A stretch of 64,000 nucleotides of DNA, taken from positions 71,715 through 135,714 of the forward strand of contig JACQQD010000011.1 in assembly GCA_016207165.1 (NCBI GenBank), given 5' to 3'. This DNA is from Candidatus Micrarchaeota archaeon (GTDB lineage: Archaea > Micrarchaeota > Micrarchaeia > Norongarragalinales > Norongarragalinaceae). How positions within the stretch are numbered: position 1 is the first letter of the stretch; every line of letters begins with the position of its first letter. Below are positions 58,505-64,000 of the stretch, in pieces. The position numbers and the translations under genes were made by a program. The notes under the pieces were generated by a model. The model did no database searches, was not told where the DNA came from, and saw only the letters and a list, made by a program, of their open reading frames with translations.

Positions 58505-59381
58505 TTTTTTCCAACCAATCCACGTACAACGTTACGCCTTCCTCAAAACCCGTTTTTTGCTTCCAGCCCAACGCCTCCAGCTTCGACCCGTCCACGCGGG
58601 TGCGCGACACGTCACCCTTCCAACCCTTCGCGCCACCCGTAAAAGAAAAAACGGGGTCCAAACCCATGGCCTTGCACACCGCGCGCGCCACGTCGTCCAC
58701 CGGACAATCATGGCCCTTGACGTTGTACACCTCGAAATTTTTTTCCTGATTCTCAAAAGCGCACAACACCGCGTCCACCACGTCCGACACGTACACGTAC
58801 GACTTGGTTTGCCTGCCATCCCCCAAAATTTCCAACCGGCTTGCATTGCCCTGAAGTTTCCGGAAAAAATCGTACATGACGCCCCGCCGCGACCTTGGAC
58901 CGAACACGTTGCCCAACCGCAGCACCGTCACACCCAAATTGGACCCCGCCATGCCACGCGCCAACGACTCCGCTTCGGCTTTCGACGCCGCGTACCGGCT
59001 CTCCGGATTCAACGACGCCTCCTCGCCCGCGGGCGCATCGCGGGAACCGTACACCGCCGCCGTGGACGCCAACACGAACCTCGGCACGCCCGCGTCCCTG
59101 CACGCCTCCAAAACCGTTCTCGTGCCCTCCACGTTCACCCGCCGCACGCGCTTTGGTTCCGCCTCGCCTTGGCGCACGTCCGCCGCGGCCGCGAAATGAA
59201 AAACCGCTTCGGCACCCTCCACCGCCTCCAAAACCGCCGCCGCGTCGCAGACGTCCGCCTCCACCAGTTCGCCGGAAACGAATTCCTTGGAGCTAGAAGA
59301 CAAGTCGTCCAATGCCACGGCGTTGAGCCGATCGCACAAGTGGCTGCCAATGAATCCGGCGCCTCCGGTCACTAGAATCAT
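58497..59381 (-). CDS. NAD-dependent epimerase/dehydratase (GalE-like)
   Basis: VTGGAGFIGSH, YAASK, NVFGP. Confidence 0.92.
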   Translation of the reverse strand: MILVTGGAGFIGSHLCDRLNAVALDDLSSSSKEFVSGELVEADVCDAAAVLEAVEGAEAVFHFAAAADVRQGEAEPKRVRRVNVEGTRTVLEACRDAGVPRFVLASTAAVYGSRDAPAGEEASLNPESRYAASKAEAESLARGMAGSNLGVTVLRLGNVFGPRSRRGVMYDFFRKLQGNASRLEILGDGRQTKSYVYVSDVVDAVLCAFENQEKNFEVYNVKGHDCPVDDVARAVCKAMGLDPVFSFTGGAKGWKGDVSRTRVDGSKLEALGWKQKTGFEEGVTLYVDWLEKNG

Positions 59382-59518
59382 GTATAGACGAAAACAAGGA
59401 AAAAAAGGAACTTTAACCCCCCAGTCCCGCCAAAAAAAACCGGGCGTCGCCCAACCCCATCACGTCGTCACTCAAGACCAAAAAAACGGCTTTAAACCCC
59501 TCCCGCCACGGATTCGTT

Positions 59519-59596
59519 ATGGGTTGGTGGTGGGACTTCAAAGTCCTCGTCTGGCTCGCCTTTCTCGTCATCCTACTGTTGACCTTGTTCAAGTAA
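59519..59596 (+). CDS. 25-aa single-TM microprotein
   Basis: MGWWWDFKVLVWLAFLVILLLTLFK; TTTAAA box about 25 nt upstream. Confidence 0.4.
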   Translation: MGWWWDFKVLVWLAFLVILLLTLFK

Positions 59597-59773
59597 GAGG
59601 AAAAGCATTTAAGCCAACCCAAAGAAACCGCTATTCATGAAAGTTCTCCTTAAAGCCATGAAGACCATCGTGGAGCCGTTGCCTGGAAAACCCCGCGAAG
59701 TGGTGGAAGACAAACGCCGCCGAATGCAGGCTTCAAAGCGATCTTCTGAGAAAGGGTTCGGACGACGGGGAAC

Positions 59774-60238
59774 CTAACGGTTTTCCAATCGGTCCAAAAG
59801 CCGTTGGTGAATCTGCCGAGGTTCGGGGTAATTGGGTTTAAGCTCCCGAAACGCCGCCATGAATTGCTTGTGTTTTCTCAGCAAAGCATCCGGAAAACTT
59901 TCGGCCACCCGCAACGCCTGGAAACGCACCGCCAACGAAGAGTCCACAAATGCGCGGGCCAAAATCGAAACGGCGTCATGGCTGGCCGACGCTGAGAAAA
60001 GAGGCGCCGCCTCCACGATTTCAATCAACACGCGTTCGTGTTCCGTCGATTTGAATGCATTCAACAAGTGCTTGGCCGCCAACGGATGCGCGGTTTTTCC
60101 AAGTTCCTTCACGCCACGGATGCGTTGGGCAACATCTGGGTCGTGCAAATAAAGGGCCAGCGACTCGACGCGTTCAACGCCTTGACCGCGGTTTTTCTGC
60201 TGCAAACCCTCGACAAACCTGGAAAACCACGAAGGCAT
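59774..60238 (-). CDS. HEAT-repeat protein
   Basis: LHDPDVAQRIRGVKELG; DSSLAVRFQAL. Confidence 0.7.
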   Translation of the reverse strand: MPSWFSRFVEGLQQKNRGQGVERVESLALYLHDPDVAQRIRGVKELGKTAHPLAAKHLLNAFKSTEHERVLIEIVEAAPLFSASASHDAVSILARAFVDSSLAVRFQALRVAESFPDALLRKHKQFMAAFRELKPNYPEPRQIHQRLLDRLENR

Positions 60239-60347
60239 GACGAAAAATTCCTGAAGGAAAATATTAACCCACCGCTTGAACCTGAAGCACACCTCAATCC
60301 GAGAAAGCAATCGGGAAACGGTCTTGGCTTGAAATAAAAAGAGAAAG

Positions 60348-60512
60348 CGGGCCCGACGGGATTTGAACCCGCAACCTGCTGGTGTCTCCCAATGGGAAAA
60401 ACCGTTTTTTGCCGGACTTTCCCCAAGACCGAAGCCTCGGCTTCCAAACCAACAAAACTGGAAAAGCCGTTGATCGGAACCAGCCGCTCTGTCCTGGTTG
60501 AGCCACGGGCCC
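60348..60512 (-). tRNA. tRNA-Arg(CCG) with 90-nt intron (60384-60473) at position 37/38
   Basis: GGGCCCG acceptor stem; GCTGG-TT-CCG-A|A-CCAGC anticodon arm; GGTTCAAAT; BHB-like pairing TTCC/GGAG. Confidence 0.9.
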
Positions 60513-60562
60513 GCAGAAGCACTGTAGTGGACTAACGAATTAAAAAAGCCCGGTGGTGGGTT

Positions 60563-61711
60563 TCAAGCCATGACTTTCTGCAACAGCCAGGCGAACACGG
60601 CGGCAAACAACTTGAAGAAAAAGCCCAGCAAGCTGACCATGCTTGCCGCGGCCACGGCCAAGACCAAAGGCAGGTTGTCAAACACGGGCTTGACGGCCGG
60701 AAGTTCGGTGACCTGGTTGAGCGCTTGAGTCAGCGCGGCCTCCGACGCCGTGTCGTTGGCCACCTGCTCGGCCACCGACGCCTGGACTTGCTGGATGGAG
60801 GCGGCCGACAAAGCGATGAACTCGTTGTAGGCGGCGTCCGACGTCATCGCCGCCTTGACGTTCTCGGCCCACGCGCGGCGCACGGACTGGTTAAACGACG
60901 TCAAACCCGGAATGGTCTCCACCGCCGACTGCACGCGTTCCACGGACACGGAATCGGAAAACGTTTTCTTTGAAATGGCGCCCCGCAGGAAACCCTCATC
61001 CAACTGAAAGCCTTCAATGAGGCTGGCGACTTGCCCGCCCACGTCCGGCACCAACGCCAGCGTGGACGACAAAAACGTCTGCTGATAGAACGCCGGCGCG
61101 GCGCTGACTTTGAAAAACGTCAAAAGAAACGCCAATACAACCAAAACCAGCATGCCTTTGCCCACCGCCCCGTACGCAGCGGAAAAATTGAAGTGGTCGG
61201 ACCGCGCGGCAAAAAAAGCCACGGACGACACGGCCACCGCCATGGCGAGAAACACGCCGAAGTAGGGAGCGTACAGAACGCCCAAGACGACAGCGGGAAG
61301 CAGCGTCACCGGGAAAGCCAGTAACGCCGTAAACATATTCTGTTTATAGCCGTAGTGGACCGCCAACGCCAAAACCAAGGAAAACAAGACCAAAAACAAG
61401 ATCATGGACAAGCTGTAAATCTTGGCCAAGTTGAATTCAATGCGGGACACGTCAACGAGGTCCACCGAGGAAAAGCCCACGTTCTGAAACAAGAACGCGG
61501 CAAATGAAAAAAACAGGAGGATCAGGACCAACAGCGGCGCTTTGAGCTTGAAATTCGGGTCCAACACCATGCCGGAAAGCGAAGGCACTTTCAGGTCCAT
61601 GGTCTTGTGGGGCGCCGGGGAAGAAGCCGTCTTCTCGGTGGGCGCTTTCTCCAATTTCATCTTTTCGAGGTCCTGAACCATGGAGTCGCCTGTCTTTTTT
61701 TTAGCCGCCAT
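60563..61711 (-). CDS. Hypothetical polytopic membrane protein
   Basis: 382-aa ORF with several TM segments and a helical loop. Confidence 0.75.
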   Translation of the reverse strand: MAAKKKTGDSMVQDLEKMKLEKAPTEKTASSPAPHKTMDLKVPSLSGMVLDPNFKLKAPLLVLILLFFSFAAFLFQNVGFSSVDLVDVSRIEFNLAKIYSLSMILFLVLFSLVLALAVHYGYKQNMFTALLAFPVTLLPAVVLGVLYAPYFGVFLAMAVAVSSVAFFAARSDHFNFSAAYGAVGKGMLVLVVLAFLLTFFKVSAAPAFYQQTFLSSTLALVPDVGGQVASLIEGFQLDEGFLRGAISKKTFSDSVSVERVQSAVETIPGLTSFNQSVRRAWAENVKAAMTSDAAYNEFIALSAASIQQVQASVAEQVANDTASEAALTQALNQVTELPAVKPVFDNLPLVLAVAAASMVSLLGFFFKLFAAVFAWLLQKVMA

Positions 61712-61757
61712 GAAAAACGCTAACGAAACCCCAGTATAAAAAAGAAGCGCTCCGGGC

Positions 61758-62645
61758 CTACACCAGCACGCGAACGGAATCCTTTTCCACAATCACGGTG
61801 GTTTCCGCCTGGGACACCATGCCCGCGTTGACTTCGTTGAGAATGGGGTACTCCCGAAGGATGCCCTGGCGCAAAAGATCGCGGACCGCCAAATTCACCG
61901 ACGCTTCAGAACGCAGCACCGGCAGCAAGTGCCGCTTGGCGAACGGAAGCGTCTGACGCTGTTCGTGAATCCACTGCAAGGCGTTGCGGCTCTGCGGAAG
62001 CCGGGCACCCCGGTCGTCCACCAACGCGTAAATCTCCGTCACCGAACCGTCCTCGACGCGCCCCGCGCCGTTGGTAGCAAAAGGCTCCACCGCAAACACG
62101 TCGTCCTCCTTTAACACGTAGTCACCCACCGGCACGTTCGGCACGCTGACTCCCGCATGCACTACCCAAGGTGCCAATGAGTGGCCACACAAATTCTCAA
62201 TCGGCCGAAAACCCGCCTTGGTAATCGCGTCCGAAATGGCTTGCCCCACGTCCTTGACCGTCTTTCCGGCGCGCATGACGGACAACGCGTCGTCCAGCGC
62301 CTGCTTGGACGCGGAAACCAGTTTCTCGTGCTCGTTGGAGGCATTGAACGTGAAAGCCTGGTCAATGATGCAGCCTTCCACGTGCACGCCGAAGTCCACC
62401 TTGACCACGTCGGAATCCTTCAACACCCGTCCGTCGTTCATCGCCGGCGTGTCATGCGCCGCGGCCTCATTTAACGACAGGCAGGCCTGGAAGCCCATGA
62501 AGGCGCCCTGGCTTTGAATCTCGGATTCGATTTTCTCGGCGGCGTCCAACAACTTGACGCCCGGCTTGACGAAGTCTTCGGCAATCTCGCGGACGGACGC
62601 CGCCACGCGAGCAGCCTCCAAGTAATGCAGGTGTTCATCCGACAT
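61758..62645 (-). CDS. map: Methionine aminopeptidase type II
   Basis: NEAAAH, KVDFGVH..G.I.D, NLCGH, AVEPFAT, SQAETT. Confidence 0.95.
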   Translation of the reverse strand: MSDEHLHYLEAARVAASVREIAEDFVKPGVKLLDAAEKIESEIQSQGAFMGFQACLSLNEAAAHDTPAMNDGRVLKDSDVVKVDFGVHVEGCIIDQAFTFNASNEHEKLVSASKQALDDALSVMRAGKTVKDVGQAISDAITKAGFRPIENLCGHSLAPWVVHAGVSVPNVPVGDYVLKEDDVFAVEPFATNGAGRVEDGSVTEIYALVDDRGARLPQSRNALQWIHEQRQTLPFAKRHLLPVLRSEASVNLAVRDLLRQGILREYPILNEVNAGMVSQAETTVIVEKDSVRVLV

Positions 62646-62705
62646 AAGCTAACGCCTAAGTACAGGCAAATGCATTTAACCGTTGCGCACCCTAAAACGA
62701 AAAAC

Positions 62706-63287
62706 ATGAAAGCAATACTCGTGGGCTTGCTGGTGCTCTCGTTTCTAGGCGTTGGCTGCCTGGAAGCCGCCAATTCAACGGCAACGCCGACCCCAACCGC
62801 CACGCCCACGCCAGGAGGCAACGACATGCAAGTCCAAAACGGTGACACCGTCAAAGTCGACTACGTGGGGTCCACCGAAGGCAAAGTCTTTGACACGTCC
62901 ATTGAAGCGGAGGCCAAAAAAGCTGGTTTTCCCTTCCGCTCCGACTACGCACCCCTGGAATTTAGCGTCGGCGCCAAACAAGTCATTCCCGGATTCGAGC
63001 AAGGCGTTTTGGGCATGAAAGTCGGCGACGAGAAAACCGTCGTGATTCCGCCGGAAGACGCCTACGGCCCCGTACAAGAAGAAGCCATCGTCCAAATCCC
63101 CTTGGACCAATTCCAGGACGCGTCGCAAGCCAAAGTCGGAGGCCAAGTCTTCTCCCCGCAAGGCCAGCGCGGCTTCATTACGGCCGTGGCCAACGAAACG
63201 ATCACCGTGGACTTCAACCACGAACTCGCCGGAAAAACGCTGACGTTCAAAATCACCGTCCGCGACATCCAACGCCCCGCCTCGTAA
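62706..63287 (+). CDS. FKBP/SlyD-type peptidyl-prolyl isomerase with lipoprotein signal
   Basis: GVGC; VKVDYVG...VFDTS; IPGFE; DFNHELAGKTL. Confidence 0.93.
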   Translation: MKAILVGLLVLSFLGVGCLEAANSTATPTPTATPTPGGNDMQVQNGDTVKVDYVGSTEGKVFDTSIEAEAKKAGFPFRSDYAPLEFSVGAKQVIPGFEQGVLGMKVGDEKTVVIPPEDAYGPVQEEAIVQIPLDQFQDASQAKVGGQVFSPQGQRGFITAVANETITVDFNHELAGKTLTFKITVRDIQRPAS

Positions 63288-63426
63288 AAAGCCAGACCAC
63301 GAATTCTCCACACGCCGCCAATAAAACCATCAAAATCGGCCCGGAAAAAAAATAGTTCCACTTCCAGAAAGCAAGGACGAAAACGCCTTTCACGACGTTG
63401 ACACCGGCGGCTGAAGTTCAAAGAAT

Positions 63427-64000
63427 TCAAGAACGCCGGCGAACCCAAAAGCCTGCGAACGCCAACACGATTAAAACCATGAAAACCGGTAACTCGTCCA
63501 CGGGCTGCGGAGGCACGCCGGCCACCGCAAAAAAACACGAGTCGCTTTGATCCTGGAAGCTGGCATTCGCCGAAAACAACCCGTCGCCCGGAACCCGCAC
63601 GGAATACCGGCTCAAACCGTTCTCGCACCCAAACGAAGAAACCGAAACGGGTTGACTACCCTGAAAGGCCTGCAACGCCACGCCCTCGCACGAAGGATTG
63701 CCTTGAACGTCCACCGCAAACACGGTAACATTGACCGTCTTGGACACCGACACGCTGCCCGGACACGAAAGCAAAACCCGGTTGTACCCTGCGCCGCCGG
63801 GTGAAGGCGACGGGCTAGGACCCGGAGAGGGACTCGGACTGGGAGAAGGCGAAGGACTGGGAGAAGGCGAAGGACTGGGAGACGGTCCTGGAGACGGAGA
63901 CGGCGCCCCAACCAAACAACACACCCACGGCTCCAACTGACCGGAACTGCACGCCGACCGCGCCACCCCATCCGGATCCGAAACCAACCACTCCGAAGGA
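63427..64000 (-). CDS. Surface protein, 3' part, with (PS)n linker and C-terminal TM-RRR sorting-like tail
   Basis: PSPSPS repeat; PVDELP + TM + RRRS; starts outside the window. Confidence 0.75.
   Translation of the reverse strand, partial: PSEWLVSDPDGVARSACSSGQLEPWVCCLVGAPSPSPGPSPSPSPSPSPSPSPSPSPSPGPSPSPSPGGAGYNRVLLSCPGSVSVSKTVNVTVFAVDVQGNPSCEGVALQAFQGSQPVSVSSFGCENGLSRYSVRVPGDGLFSANASFQDQSDSCFFAVAGVPPQPVDELPVFMVLIVLAFAGFWVRRRS
63800..63905 (-). repeat. Pro-Ser coding tandem repeat
   Basis: GGACTGGGAGAAGGCGAA 18-mer units and degenerate copies. Confidence 0.8.

Noticed and set aside
49302-60512. Integrated element bounded by the two tRNAs
   Set aside because: There is no integrase or duplicated tRNA 3' end, and the intervening genes are housekeeping with host-like composition.

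Overview
GC-rich archaeal chromosome segment. Its gene content is consistent with a DPANN archaeon such as Micrarchaeota, which is an inference: A-type ATP synthase, ABCE1/RLI, Sec61beta, type II MetAP, AK6 and intron-containing tRNAs. From the start it carries a partial ahcY, a complete A1Ao ATP synthase operon (H-I-K-E-C-F-A-B-D), dinB and RLI. A ~15.6 kb copper/thiol-redox island follows (12.5-28.1 kb), then housekeeping and metabolic genes (hppA, threonine aldolase, pfkB, hicBA, Sec61beta, thi4, metK, type II PanK), an AT-rich two-gene islet, a surface glycosylation cluster and two intron-bearing tRNAs. The strongest candidate for an undescribed system lies in the copper island. Three membrane-anchored proteins with different cores all end in GLPNMVGGC-stop, a tail conserved through synonymous changes. 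They sit among unannotated Cys/Met-rich microproteins and behind an operator shared with a BlaI/CopY-M56 regulator pair. The second notable signal is that the first codons of both atpB and atpD are duplicated just upstream of the real starts with only synonymous differences, which suggests gene-start-replacing insertion events in the ATP synthase operon. All family assignments come from motif recognition by eye, not from database searches.
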